64,000 nucleotides of DNA, taken from contig OZ244999.1 of NCBI GenBank assembly GCA_965223265.1, forward strand, positions 7,136,001 to 7,200,000, given 5' to 3'. Of the stretch, positions 11,889-21,962 are shown piece by piece (within the stretch, counting starts at the first letter, position 1; each line of letters opens with the position of its first letter). The notes under the pieces are model-generated. The model was not told where the DNA came from. It saw only the letters and a list, made by a program, of their open reading frames with translations, and did no database searches. Made by a program: the position numbers and the translations under genes. The stretch is from Planctomycetota bacterium. GTDB taxonomy: Bacteria; Planctomycetota; UBA8108; SXIK01.

Positions 11889-12056
11889 CAGCCCGTTGAA
11901 AAAGTCATTCGGCCGAGAAACTGCCCTCTTCACGCCCAGCTCGACGGCGTCAAAACGCGCCGAAACATCTTCTAGTCGCAGTATGTCTCGGGAGAGGATC
12001 CGGAAACTACCCGCGCATGCAGCAGTTCTCGATTCGAAGCACCTTGCAACAGGCTG
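11889..12056. mobile_element. MITE copy A (~168 bp)
   Basis: Ends are CAGCCCGTTGAAAAAG and CAACAGGCTG. The left ~60 nt are near-identical to the 57513 copy. Confidence 0.75.
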
Positions 12057-12076
12057 CTAGGACGACGGAAAACTCC

Positions 12077-12967
12077 ATGCTGAAGAGCATGACTGGCTTC
12101 GGCAACAGCCGAATTGAAACGCCTGACTTCGTGCTGACGCTTGAGCTCAAGAGCGTCAACAACAAGTTTCTGAAGATTACTGGACGCGTCTCGGAAGAAT
12201 TCAGCTTTCTGCAACGCGAGATCGAAGAACGCATACGCCGCTACGTCGCTCGCGGTTCGATCCACTACGTCGCGCTTCTGGAACCAACGCACAACGCGGA
12301 TCTTTACGACATCGACATGGAAGTGCTTGAGAAGTACTCACGATCGCTCAAAGCCTCCGGCGCGCTCTCGTCAAGTTCCGGCGCGAACGACCTCGACCTG
12401 CAGGCGCTCCTGCCTCTGCCCGGCGTGGTTCGCGTGCGGGAGGCGGTGGAGGTGCAGCGCGACGCTCTCCTGCCGGTGGCTGAGAAGGGTGTGGACGAAG
12501 CAATGCAGGGGCTTGTGAGCATGAGAACACGGGAAGGGAAGCACCTTCACTCGGAGCTCAGCGCACGCGTTAACGGGATGACTCGTCAAGTTCAAGACAT
12601 CAGCAAGTTGGCTCCTGAGGCGGCCAGGGTCCACTACGCCAAGTTGACGCAACGCGTGAACGACCTTCTGGAAGGTACGGAAGTCGCGGTGAATCAGGAC
12701 GACGTCGTTCGCGAGGTCGCGATTTTGGCAGAGAAAGCTGACATCACCGAAGAGATCAGTCGATTCGAGAGCCATCTGATGCAGTTCGACGCGTCGCTCG
12801 ACTCCCCCGAGCCGATCGGCCGCAAGCTCGAATTCATCACTCAAGAAATGTTCCGCGAGTCGAACACCATGGCGGCCAAGTCAACGACTCCCGAATTGAG
12901 CCGTGCGATCGTCGACTTAAAAGCCGACGTCGATCGACTCAAGGAACAAGTCATGAACATCGAATAG
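12077..12967 (+). CDS. yicC: YicC/YloC family endoribonuclease
   Basis: MLKSMTGFG, ELKSVNNKFL, DITEEISR, GRKLEFITQEMFRESNT and KEQVMNIE. The upstream ORF extension lies inside MITE A. Confidence 0.9.
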   Translation: MLKSMTGFGNSRIETPDFVLTLELKSVNNKFLKITGRVSEEFSFLQREIEERIRRYVARGSIHYVALLEPTHNADLYDIDMEVLEKYSRSLKASGALSSSSGANDLDLQALLPLPGVVRVREAVEVQRDALLPVAEKGVDEAMQGLVSMRTREGKHLHSELSARVNGMTRQVQDISKLAPEAARVHYAKLTQRVNDLLEGTEVAVNQDDVVREVAILAEKADITEEISRFESHLMQFDASLDSPEPIGRKLEFITQEMFRESNTMAAKSTTPELSRAIVDLKADVDRLKEQVMNIE

Positions 12968-12982
12968 GGGCAAACAGAGCTT

Positions 12983-13597
12983 ATGTCGTCACACGGTGGA
13001 ACAGTCGTCATAGTCTCCGGCCCTTCAGGCGTCGGCAAGTCGACGCTGTGCGAGGAGCTGCTCAAGCTCCCGAGTTTTCGCCGCGTCATCACGTGCACAA
13101 CGCGGCCGCCGCGAGGAGCCGAGCGCGAAGGTGTCGACTACCACTTCCTCACTCACGACGAGTTCGAACGCCACATCGCAGATGGCGACTTCTTGGAGTA
13201 CGCGAAAGTTCATGACAACCACTACGGCACGCTGAGATCGGAAGTTTTGCGGCATCTCGCACCAGGAGTCTTCGTTCTGCTCGCAGTCGATGTTCAGGGT
13301 GCCGAAAGCCTCCGACGCGAGCCCATGTTTAAGGATGGGCGCGCCCGAGGAATCAGTATTTTCGTCGAGCCGCCGAACGAAAAGACGCTCGTGGAGCGAC
13401 TACGAGGCCGCGGGACGGAGAGCGCCGAGCAGGCTGACGCTCGGCTAGCTGCCGCGCGCGATGAGCTTCGCGAATCCGGCAAGTTCGACTTCGTCGTTAT
13501 CAACGACCAGCTCAATCGTGCGGTCGAAGAAGTTCTTCGACTTTTGGGAGTTTCACAAGACGTAGAGAATTCAGCCTCGAAGATTTCAAAAGCTTGA
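12983..13597 (+). CDS. gmk: Guanylate kinase
   Basis: SGPSGVGKST, TTRPPR, GVDYHF, YGT and DVQGA. Confidence 0.95.
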   Translation: MSSHGGTVVIVSGPSGVGKSTLCEELLKLPSFRRVITCTTRPPRGAEREGVDYHFLTHDEFERHIADGDFLEYAKVHDNHYGTLRSEVLRHLAPGVFVLLAVDVQGAESLRREPMFKDGRARGISIFVEPPNEKTLVERLRGRGTESAEQADARLAAARDELRESGKFDFVVINDQLNRAVEEVLRLLGVSQDVENSASKISKA

Positions 13598-13747
13598 ACG
13601 CCGAGCCGCTCGAGCAGCTGCCAGAGGAATGAGGAGGTGACATACCCGGTGACACTTGATCCAATGAATCAAACACGTTCCGTATCGAATTTGGACTCGT
13701 CCGAGTCAGAAAAAGCCTATCCGAGAGATCATTCACAAGAGGGGAAC

Positions 13748-14125
13748 ATGCTCGACATTGATTTGGAAGAAGCCCTGGTAGAGAAAGTCGGTGGCAAGTT
13801 CGCTCTCACCTCGCTGTTGCAGAAGCGTATGGTCGAGCTGAATCGAGGGGCACTGCCGCTGATTCAATGTGACACCGAGGACGAATCGAAGGATCTCCGC
13901 CGTCTCGCCTGTCGCGAGATTCTCGAAGGAAAGATCGTGCTGGGTCCCCGTGACGAGATTCAGCATGTCGTCGAGGAAGAGCCTAGCTTCCCCGACACAC
14001 CGCCTGAAAAGAGCGAAGCGCCGGTCGAAGGCGAAGAGTCACAAGAGGTCTACGGCTCCGACATCAAAAAGATCAAGGAGCAGCGAATCAGAGAGCTGGC
14101 TCAGCTTCTCAATCCGAAGAAGTAG
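13748..14125 (+). CDS. rpoZ: RNA polymerase omega subunit with C-terminal extension
   Basis: VGGKFALTSLLQKRMVELNRGA...REILEGKI, in the gmk-rpoZ-coaBC gene order. Confidence 0.82.
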   Translation: MLDIDLEEALVEKVGGKFALTSLLQKRMVELNRGALPLIQCDTEDESKDLRRLACREILEGKIVLGPRDEIQHVVEEEPSFPDTPPEKSEAPVEGEESQEVYGSDIKKIKEQRIRELAQLLNPKK

Positions 14126-14370
14126 CGGGTCTGTCGATCAAACAGCTGCTGAAAGTCGTTCGGTAGAGCAGCTTGCCACTTTGCGCAATTCGACAGCGTT
14201 GTTCGTGCGGTAGTATGGATCTTGAGGAATCGGGTCGTGAGCGGCGCGCACGGGGGCGGGCAGCGTGCCGTTCGGTTTCCCTCCATCGCCGATAGAGGCC
14301 CCAGACGCAACTCGCAAGCGAAGCGGCGAGGATGTCGCTACGAGTCTCTCGAACAGACGGAAGGTTCCTG

Positions 14371-14913
14371 ATGGCCAACATCTTGCTCGGCGTCTCTGCC
14401 GGTATCGCCGCATACAAGAGTGCGGACTTGGCGTCCAAGCTGACGCAAGATGGCAACGAAGTACGCGTCATCCTTACGGCGCACGCGCAGAAGTTCATCA
14501 CCGCCTTGACCTTCCGCGCCGTCACCCAGCAGCCAGTGTACGTCGATACGTTTGAAGACGATCCGGCATATCGCCCGGAGCACATCGCACTGCCGGAGTG
14601 GGCCGACCTTGTCGTTGTTGCACCGACGACGGCTGATCTCATCGGCAGAATGGCCGCAGGACTTGGCGACGACCTGTTGACCGTAACGCTCCTCGCCTGT
14701 ACTAAGCCAATCCTGCTGGCTCCCGCAATGAATGACCGTATGTGGGAGAATCGTATCGTGCAGGAAAACCTCAAACGGCTACGAGACGTTGGCTTTCACG
14801 TAATCGATCCCGAGCCCGGGCATCTCGCCTGCGGCTCTGTCGGCATGGGGCGACTGGCTGAGCCGGACAAAATCCTCGCGGTGATTCAGAAAACGATCGC
14901 GAAATCTCCGTGA
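14371..14913 (+). CDS. coaC: Phosphopantothenoylcysteine decarboxylase (stand-alone CoaC)
   Basis: GIAAYKS, EHIAL, APTTAD, APAMNDRMW and LACGSVGMGRL. Confidence 0.9.
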   Translation: MANILLGVSAGIAAYKSADLASKLTQDGNEVRVILTAHAQKFITALTFRAVTQQPVYVDTFEDDPAYRPEHIALPEWADLVVVAPTTADLIGRMAAGLGDDLLTVTLLACTKPILLAPAMNDRMWENRIVQENLKRLRDVGFHVIDPEPGHLACGSVGMGRLAEPDKILAVIQKTIAKSP

Positions 14914-15548
14914 CTCCTGCGTGCCGCCTCTTGATCACGGCCGGGCCAACGCGCGAAGCCATCGATCCGGTACGGTTTATCTCCAACGCGTCGAGCGGAC
15001 GTCAGGGCGTCGCCATCGCGCGCGAAGCGCTCAAAAAAGGTTGGCAAGTCGACCTTGTGCACGGACCTCTCGAAATCTCTGTTCCACGTGGCGTCTGCGC
15101 GCATCGGGTCGTCTCGACCGCGGAAATGATGGCCGCCTGTAAGTCGCTGCACAGCTCATGCGATGCACTGGTAGCAGCCGCCGCCGTCTGCGACTTTCGG
15201 CCACGTCAGTCCAGCGACACCAAGCGAAAGCGAGCGGGATCGAACTGGACCCTCGAGCTCCTCCCCACCGAAGACATCGCGGCCGAGCTAGGTCGAGAAA
15301 AAGGGCGGCGCGTACACGTCGGATTCGCGCTCGAGAGTGACGACGGCGAACGAAATGCCGCAGAGAAGCTCGCGCGCAAGAACCTCGACTGGATCGTGCT
15401 GAACGATCCGTCAGCCATTGGCGTCGACGCCGGCGTGTACACGCTGTTGGGTGCCAGAGGCCAAAAACGTGTGCTTGGCCAACTCCGCAAATCCCAGCTC
15501 GCCGCCCACCTGGTGGGTCTCATCGAAGAAGAGCTGGCGGCGAGATAG
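14910..15548 (+). CDS. coaB: Phosphopantothenate-cysteine ligase (stand-alone CoaB)
   Basis: LITAGPTREAIDPVRFISNASSG, AAAVCDF, VGFALE and KNLDWIVLN. GTGA overlap with coaC. Confidence 0.9.
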   Translation: MTPACRLLITAGPTREAIDPVRFISNASSGRQGVAIAREALKKGWQVDLVHGPLEISVPRGVCAHRVVSTAEMMAACKSLHSSCDALVAAAAVCDFRPRQSSDTKRKRAGSNWTLELLPTEDIAAELGREKGRRVHVGFALESDDGERNAAEKLARKNLDWIVLNDPSAIGVDAGVYTLLGARGQKRVLGQLRKSQLAAHLVGLIEEELAAR

Positions 15549-15840
15549 CCCGCGTTTCTCACGAGATTTCGTAGCGAAGAGCCGCAAGTCGTGTCGTGGC
15601 AAGGAAGGCTTTACGATTCGACCGTTGAGTCCGACCGAGGAGGGAGGACGAAAGCGCGACTTACGGTGCCGCAGTAGGAATCTTGTGAGAAATGCGGGAT
15701 CGGGCTCCGCGGCCGCACACCAGCAAGCGGTAGCGAGCGCTGAGAAACGGCTCAAGGGCGGAGGCAAACATGCCGATAAACCCGGTACGGCGGCGCCGGC
15801 GGAGCCCGCTCCAGCGTCCGAGAGAAGTCGAGAGAAGAGC

Positions 15841-18510
15841 ATGCAGCAAGAATCCCGTCGCGAGATGTTCGCTTTCTCAATGGTCGGCGTAGCTTCGTTC
15901 CTTTGGGTTTGCCTCGCAACCCACGAACCTGAGGACTACCTAGGGCCTTCTTTTCCAATCCACAACGCCTGCGGACCGTTCGGCGCTGCGGTGAGCTTTC
16001 ACCTCACCTCTTGGGTTGGTCACTTGGCGGCGTACGGACTGACGCTCCTCCTTGGGTCGTTAGGTGCCATCGCGCTGTTCAGACGCCAAGTGAAAGAATG
16101 GGGCTGGAAACTTGTCGGAATCTGCTTGCTGACACTCGCGCTGTCCGCACTTGAAGTGGCGCTCTACAACGACGCCGAACTACTCGGGACACTCCCTGGC
16201 GGATTCTATGGCCAATTCTTCTTCGAGTTTCTGATCGGCCAGCTGTCATCTTTCGGCACGTTTCTCATTCTGGCGCTCGTCATGCTCGTGGCGATCATGA
16301 TCTCGACCGACGCCGTCTTTTACCCCTTTCTCAGTCGTGCCGGTACCGTAGCCCTGGACCGCGAGCGATGGCAGAAAGCAGGTTCGCAAGTCAAGGGAGG
16401 ACTTTTGCAGCTGCCGCGCTTCGCCTCAACCGTGCGTGACAACCTACCCCGGCTCCAGGTGGGCGCTCGAACGACGACGAAAAAACGGTCGAAGACTTCG
16501 ACGAGTGCAGAGCGCAAGCGGACCACAGCGAAGAAGCGGCGCGGCGCCAAAAAACAGCACGACGAACTGGAAGCCGAGGCCGTCGAAGACGAAGAACTCA
16601 TAGGCGAAGAAGAAGAAGCTGATGAGGATCTCGCGCTAGAGGAAGCGGAGGACGAGGAGGAAGAGGAAGAAGAGGAAGAGGAAGAAGAAGAGGAAGAAGC
16701 CTCGCCTCCCAAACGAGACCGACCTCCTCTCGTCATCCACACCCAGACGCCCACTCCGACAAAGAGCGCGATCGCGAAACGCCCATCCAAGCCGCGACGA
16801 GCGGGGCCCTATCGGCTGCCACCACTGGATCTTCTCAAGAACAACCCGACGTCAGCCAAGGCGATCGACCGCCCGCGACTCGAGCAGACCGCCGAAAAAA
16901 TCGAGGCGACCCTACGTGACTTCAAGATCGAAGCAAGTGTCGTCGAAGTGCAGCGCGGTCCGACCATCACGCAGTACGAGGTAACGCTCGCCGCCGGCAT
17001 CAAGGTCAACAAGATCATCAACTTGGCCGACGATCTGGCGATGGCGCTCAAGGCGACGAGTATTCGCATCGTTGCTCCCATCCCTGGAAAGTCGACCGTC
17101 GGGATCGAGGTTCCCAACGCCAAGCGCAGTGCCGTGGGCCTCCGCGATCTCCTCGAATCGCCCGAGCTGCGCGACGAAGACTACAAGCTTCCTTTGGCAC
17201 TCGGAAAAGGCATCGCCGGCAACTGTGTCGTCAGTGATCTCGGCGATATGCCGCACTTGTTGATCGCGGGGTCGACAGGATCTGGCAAGTCGGTGTGTAT
17301 CAACTCCATCATTACGAACATCCTCATGACCCGGAGCCCAGACGAGGTCAAGATGATCCTCGTCGACCCGAAGATGGTAGAACTCGCGCCGTTCGAGAAC
17401 ATCCCGCACCTTCTCTGCCCGGTCGTCACCGACATGAAGAAGGCACCGGCGGTCCTCGGCTGGACGGTGGACAAGATGGAAGAGCGATACGAGCTGCTGG
17501 CGCTCGCAGGCGTCCGCCACATCGGTGCGTTCAACAACCTGGGAAAGGATCGACTTCACGAGCGTCTACTGAAGAAGCTCGAACCGCACGAGATCGAGAA
17601 CGTTCCAGAGTATCTGCCGTTTATCGTTGTGATCATCGACGAGCTCGCAGATTTGATGATGACGTCGTCGAAGGAAGTCGAGGCGTCGATCACGCGGCTC
17701 TCACAAAAATCTCGCGCTGTCGGAATTCATGTGATCCTTGCCACACAACGTCCATCGGTAGACGTGATTACCGGACTCATCAAAGCCAACATGCCGTCAC
17801 GAATCTCGTTCCACGTCGCCTCGAGGATCGACAGTCGAACGATCTTGGACCGCAACGGCGCCGAAAAGCTCCTCGGCAAGGGTGACATGCTCTACTTGCC
17901 GCCCGGAACGTCAGCTTTGCGGCGTGTCCAAGGCACTTTTATCTCTGACAAAGAAATCCGCGACGTGGTAGAATACGCCGTCCAACAAGCTGAGCCGCAG
18001 TTTAGCCCCGAGCTCAGCAAGTTCGGCATCGAAGGCGCGGACGGTGCTTGCGAAGAGGACGAGCTGTTCGAAGACGCCGTGCGCATTGTACTAGAATCTC
18101 AGCGCGGGTCTGTCACGCTCCTCCAGCGCCAGCTGCAAATCGGCTACACGCGTGCTTCGCGCCTGATGGAGATCATGCACGATCGGGGCCTGGTCGGCCC
18201 GTTCAAGGGAAGCAAGGCGCGGGAAGTCTACTACACTCTCGAAGAGTGGGAAGAAGCGAATGCTAAGCGCAAGCGGCAACAAGAATCAGCCGAGACAGCA
18301 GGATCAAGCGCAGAAGAAGACGTCGCTGACGCAGAGGACGAGGATATCGAAGACGACATCGAAGAAGAGGACGACGAGGAAGAAGAAGAGTACGAAGACG
18401 ACGGAGAGTACGAGGAAGAGGACGACGAAGACGACGAGGAAGAAGAAGAGTACGAAGACGACGGAGAGTACGAGGAAGAGGACGACGAAGACGAGCCACC
18501 TCGGAAGTAG
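15841..18510 (+). CDS. ftsK: DNA translocase FtsK/SpoIIIE (4TM + motor + gamma domain + acidic tail)
   Basis: N-terminal TMs, HLLIAGSTGSGKS, IIDELADLM, ATQRPSVDVITG, GAEKLLGKGDML and gamma-domain LLQRQLQIGYTRASRL. Confidence 0.95.
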   Translation: MQQESRREMFAFSMVGVASFLWVCLATHEPEDYLGPSFPIHNACGPFGAAVSFHLTSWVGHLAAYGLTLLLGSLGAIALFRRQVKEWGWKLVGICLLTLALSALEVALYNDAELLGTLPGGFYGQFFFEFLIGQLSSFGTFLILALVMLVAIMISTDAVFYPFLSRAGTVALDRERWQKAGSQVKGGLLQLPRFASTVRDNLPRLQVGARTTTKKRSKTSTSAERKRTTAKKRRGAKKQHDELEAEAVEDEELIGEEEEADEDLALEEAEDEEEEEEEEEEEEEEEASPPKRDRPPLVIHTQTPTPTKSAIAKRPSKPRRAGPYRLPPLDLLKNNPTSAKAIDRPRLEQTAEKIEATLRDFKIEASVVEVQRGPTITQYEVTLAAGIKVNKIINLADDLAMALKATSIRIVAPIPGKSTVGIEVPNAKRSAVGLRDLLESPELRDEDYKLPLALGKGIAGNCVVSDLGDMPHLLIAGSTGSGKSVCINSIITNILMTRSPDEVKMILVDPKMVELAPFENIPHLLCPVVTDMKKAPAVLGWTVDKMEERYELLALAGVRHIGAFNNLGKDRLHERLLKKLEPHEIENVPEYLPFIVVIIDELADLMMTSSKEVEASITRLSQKSRAVGIHVILATQRPSVDVITGLIKANMPSRISFHVASRIDSRTILDRNGAEKLLGKGDMLYLPPGTSALRRVQGTFISDKEIRDVVEYAVQQAEPQFSPELSKFGIEGADGACEEDELFEDAVRIVLESQRGSVTLLQRQLQIGYTRASRLMEIMHDRGLVGPFKGSKAREVYYTLEEWEEANAKRKRQQESAETAGSSAEEDVADAEDEDIEDDIEEEDDEEEEEYEDDGEYEEEDDEDDEEEEEYEDDGEYEEEDDEDEPPRK
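18370..18494 (+). repeat. Exact 60-bp tandem duplication in the ftsK 3' end
   Basis: GACGACGAGGAAGAAGAAGAGTACGAAGACGACGGAGAGTACGAGGAAGAGGACGACGAA occurs twice in tandem. Confidence 0.9.
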
Positions 18511-18580
18511 TCGTGGAGCGTCCAGCGGTCAGAGCAGGCAAGAGACGCGTAGAGACCTGATCGATTCAACGCCAAACACC

Positions 18581-19999
18581 TTGCGCGTGCACATGGCAAG
18601 TCTCGGTTGCCCAAAGAACCTCGTCGATTCGGAAGTGATCCTGGGCAACCTTGGCTCCGCCGGCCACGTGATTGTTGACGAACCTGAGACGGCCGACGTC
18701 ATTGTCGTCAACACCTGCGGCTTCATCGACCAAGCCAAGGAAGAGTCAATCGACACGATTCTTGCCGCCTGCGGATTGAAAGATGGCCCAGCCGCTGTTC
18801 GCAAAGTGATCGTCACCGGCTGTCTCGGGCAAAGGTACGCCGTCGACATCAAAGAGCAGATTCCAGAAGTCGATGCCATCGTGGGGCTTGGAGAGTACGA
18901 CGACATCGGATCGATCGTCACAGATGTAGTTGCCGCGGATTCGCGCGCATCGACGCTAGCGACAGCTGGCAACCCGTTGATCCGTGTGCAGCCGCAAGAC
19001 CAGGCTTGTCAGCGTGAGGTTGGGCGGTTTCGGTTGACTCCACGCCACTACGCGTACGTGAAGATCTCCGAAGGCTGTGACAACCCGTGCACCTTCTGCT
19101 CGATCCCGTCAATTCGCGGCGGCTTTCGCTCGAAGCCCATCGCCGAAGTCGAGGCAGAAGTACGCGAGTTGGTCGCAACGGGCGCCAGCGAGATCATCCT
19201 CATCGCACAGGACACGACCTCGTACGGCATTGATCTCTACGAGCGGTATGAGCTCGTGCGACTACTCGAGACCGTCGCCGCGATCGATGGCGTTCGGTGG
19301 ATCCGCCTGCTCTACGCCTATCCAGCTTCGCTCACAGATGAAATGATGCGAGCGATTTCAGCGATCCCAAACGTTCTCCCTTACGTCGACATTCCGCTGC
19401 AGCACATCTCTCAGAAGATGCTGCGCCACATGGGTCGACGCCTCATGGAAGAGCAGACCCGCACTCTCCTTCAGAGGCTCCGCGACAGCGTCCCTGGAAT
19501 TTACCTCCGCACGACGTTCATCGTCGGCTTTCCCGGCGAAGACGAAGCGGAATTCGAAACACTCAAAGACTTCGTCCGCGATTTCGAGTTCGAACGGCTT
19601 GGCGTTTTTGCATACTCGCACGAAGAGGGAACGCCATCGGCAGAGTTCGCCGAACAGATTCCAGACGCAGTCAAGAAGCGCCGGTTCGAAGAACTCATGC
19701 TCATCCAGCAGGACATCGCGTTTCGCCATAATACCTCTCGTGTTGGTGGCGAGGTCGAGGTTCTCGTCGACGAGGTGGAAGCTGAGGGGGAAGACCCACC
19801 GAGGCTCGTAGGAAGAACGTTCGGCGAAGCGCCAGAAATCGACCCGGTGGTTTACGTCGACGCTCGTGCTCATCCAGACGCCGCTGCCGCGCTCGGATCA
19901 GCACCTCACTTCGACTTCTCGACGCTCGTTGGCCGATACGTATCGGCTCGCATCGTTTCTTCCGATGGATACGATTTGCACGCAGAAATCGCCCCTTAG
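18581..19999 (+). CDS. rimO: Ribosomal protein S12 methylthiotransferase (start codon approximate)
   Basis: SLGCPKNLVDSE, NTCGFI, radical-SAM motif CDNPCTFC and APEID in the TRAM domain. Confidence 0.93.
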   Translation: MRVHMASLGCPKNLVDSEVILGNLGSAGHVIVDEPETADVIVVNTCGFIDQAKEESIDTILAACGLKDGPAAVRKVIVTGCLGQRYAVDIKEQIPEVDAIVGLGEYDDIGSIVTDVVAADSRASTLATAGNPLIRVQPQDQACQREVGRFRLTPRHYAYVKISEGCDNPCTFCSIPSIRGGFRSKPIAEVEAEVRELVATGASEIILIAQDTTSYGIDLYERYELVRLLETVAAIDGVRWIRLLYAYPASLTDEMMRAISAIPNVLPYVDIPLQHISQKMLRHMGRRLMEEQTRTLLQRLRDSVPGIYLRTTFIVGFPGEDEAEFETLKDFVRDFEFERLGVFAYSHEEGTPSAEFAEQIPDAVKKRRFEELMLIQQDIAFRHNTSRVGGEVEVLVDEVEAEGEDPPRLVGRTFGEAPEIDPVVYVDARAHPDAAAALGSAPHFDFSTLVGRYVSARIVSSDGYDLHAEIAP

Positions 20000-20017
20000 A
20001 CACGCGCTCGACTGCTC

Positions 20018-20713
20018 ATGACGACGGATTCGAAGACGAACACACCTGAGGAGGCGCCCCTCGACCTAACGACGTCTCCTGCCGAGACAGCACGCCGCGA
20101 GCGAGCTGAGTCGATCTGGAACATCCCGAATCAGCTCACAGTGGCGAGACTGATTCTGTCGGTGATCTTCTTCGTTTTGATGGCGCTCGAAACTCACAAG
20201 TCGTTGCCGTTCGGACGGCAAGCCGCCCTCAACATCGCGTTCGTGCTTTTTGTTTCTGCCGTCCTCACAGATTTCCTCGATGGATTTCTTGCTCGTCGAT
20301 GGAATCTTACGTCAACCTTTGGCCGTATCGCCGATCCATTCGCTGACAAAATCGTCATCGTCGGCGGATTCATCATGCTGACGGCGGTGACGACCCTGAT
20401 CGAACCTTGGTTCGCCGTCGTGATCATGTTTCGGGAGTTTCTCGTATCAGGCCTGAGGAGCTTCTTGGAGTCGAGGGGCGTCGCGTTCGGCGCTGTCGCG
20501 ATCGGCAAGATCAAGATGGTCGTGCAAAGCGTTGCCATCCCCGCGGTGTTGCTCTACGAAGCGAACTTCGCGCCGGGTGCCGGTGAAGAACTCACCGCGA
20601 CCGGAACTTTTTTCTGGTACGTCGCGGTCGCGACGCTCGTTCTCACGCTGGTGCTGACAGTCGTCTCATGCGTGAGTTATCTGCACCGCGCTTATCGGCT
20701 GATTCGCGCGTAG
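20018..20713 (+). CDS. pgsA: CDP-diacylglycerol--glycerol-3-phosphate 3-phosphatidyltransferase
   Basis: NIPNQLT, TDFLDGFLARR and FGRIADPFADK. Confidence 0.9.
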   Translation: MTTDSKTNTPEEAPLDLTTSPAETARRERAESIWNIPNQLTVARLILSVIFFVLMALETHKSLPFGRQAALNIAFVLFVSAVLTDFLDGFLARRWNLTSTFGRIADPFADKIVIVGGFIMLTAVTTLIEPWFAVVIMFREFLVSGLRSFLESRGVAFGAVAIGKIKMVVQSVAIPAVLLYEANFAPGAGEELTATGTFFWYVAVATLVLTLVLTVVSCVSYLHRAYRLIRA

Positions 20714-20854
20714 CAGCCTCCGGAGTCGCTTCCGAAAACCCGATCGCTGGGCCACACGGAAGCGCCTGACAACGTTCGAGCAGGGCAGTCTGAAGAAGCG
20801 CATGGGGGTCAATTCGACCACCATCGACGCGCGTGATATGCTTTTTTCAGACCA

Positions 20855-21292
20855 ATGGATACGTCAATCTACGAACTGACCATTCCGCTGGATCTCGCCG
20901 AGCTCGCGGGACTACGGAGCAACGTCCGATCGATCTGCATCGGGCATGGTGTTCCTTCCGTGACGGTGCGCCGCACCGTCATGGCGGTTGACGAGGCGGT
21001 CACGAACATTATCGAACATAGCTCGGAACCGAAGAAAAAACGCATAGCGCTGCGTATCGTATTCACTCAATCGGAAATGACGATCGAGCTCTCCGACGAG
21101 GGATCTCCCTTCGACCCGACCGCTGCATACCACCCCCCATCGATTGCTACATTTCCGCGGCGAGGCTTCGGTCTCTACCTGATCCACATGATCGCCGACG
21201 GCCTCGAATACCGCCGTACTCGTGACGGAAAGAACATCCTCATCATGAGAAAACTTCTCGACCAGCGGAGCTCAAGCGCCACCTCAGCCTGA
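20855..21292 (+). CDS. RsbW/SpoIIAB-like anti-sigma factor (HATPase_c)
   Basis: AVDEAVTNIIEH, DEGSPFDP and GFGLYLI. Confidence 0.88.
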   Translation: MDTSIYELTIPLDLAELAGLRSNVRSICIGHGVPSVTVRRTVMAVDEAVTNIIEHSSEPKKKRIALRIVFTQSEMTIELSDEGSPFDPTAAYHPPSIATFPRRGFGLYLIHMIADGLEYRRTRDGKNILIMRKLLDQRSSSATSA

Positions 21293-21311
21293 CGGACGGA
21301 GACAGACCGAG

Positions 21312-21671
21312 ATGCCCACACTGAAAGTTTGCAACGAAGATCAGCGAGACGGAGTCGTGTACTTCGAGCTCGTCGGCCTTCTCGACGCGCACAACTTCGA
21401 ATCCCTCGAGGCCCTGTTCGAGAAGCACTTCGATAACGGCGCGTTTCGCTTCATCGTGGACATCAATCGCGTCGACTATGTCTCGAGTGCAGGCGCCGGC
21501 GTCTTCATCGGTGCCGTTGGCACCTGCCAAGAAAACGAAGGCAATGTGGTCCTGGTGCAACCGAGCCAGGAGGTCAAAGAGACCTTCGAGCTCCTCGGCG
21601 TGTATCAAATCTTCCCCGTCCTACCATCGCGTGAACAAGCTGTCGACTTTTTCGCGAAAGCAGCTCTTTAA
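21312..21671 (+). CDS. STAS-domain anti-anti-sigma factor (RsbV/SpoIIAA-like)
   Basis: GLLDAH, phospho-Ser motif VDYVSSAGAG and VKETFELLG. Confidence 0.88.
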   Translation: MPTLKVCNEDQRDGVVYFELVGLLDAHNFESLEALFEKHFDNGAFRFIVDINRVDYVSSAGAGVFIGAVGTCQENEGNVVLVQPSQEVKETFELLGVYQIFPVLPSREQAVDFFAKAAL

Positions 21672-21750
21672 GGCGGCGCCGAAATCGCGCAGCTCTCAAA
21701 GCGTTTCACGAGCGACGGATGTGCGCCGCGGGTGCGACATATCGGTCCGT

Positions 21751-21779
21751 TTGACGGTGTTTCCGGCCCATCATAGACT
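21751..21779 (+). promoter_or_regulatory. Putative sigma70-type promoter upstream of rpoN
   Basis: TTGACG-17 nt-TAGACT. Confidence 0.45.
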
Positions 21780-21962
21780 TCAGTTGAGTGGTCATAACGC
21801 CGGTACAAATGAACTTTCAACGGGAAGAATCGGAAGAACGGTCGGCGGGATTGGGCCCGCAAGTCTCGCGAATTCTCTTGGACGTGTTAACGGCCGATGG
21901 GGTTTCGAGAGACGCGCGGATCAGGGACGTGGGCTTCGTTAGAACTTCCGGAGTGGAGGACA

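Noticed and set aside
14371-15548. Frameshifted coaBC pseudogene
   Set aside because: Both halves are complete with a clean GTGA stop/start overlap, and split coaB/coaC genes are known.
15418-15840. N-terminal extensions of ftsK (and similarly rimO, yicC, rpoN, ExeA and the ABC fusion) in the ORF track
   Set aside because: They overlap upstream genes or MITEs. Downstream starts fit the family N-termini better.
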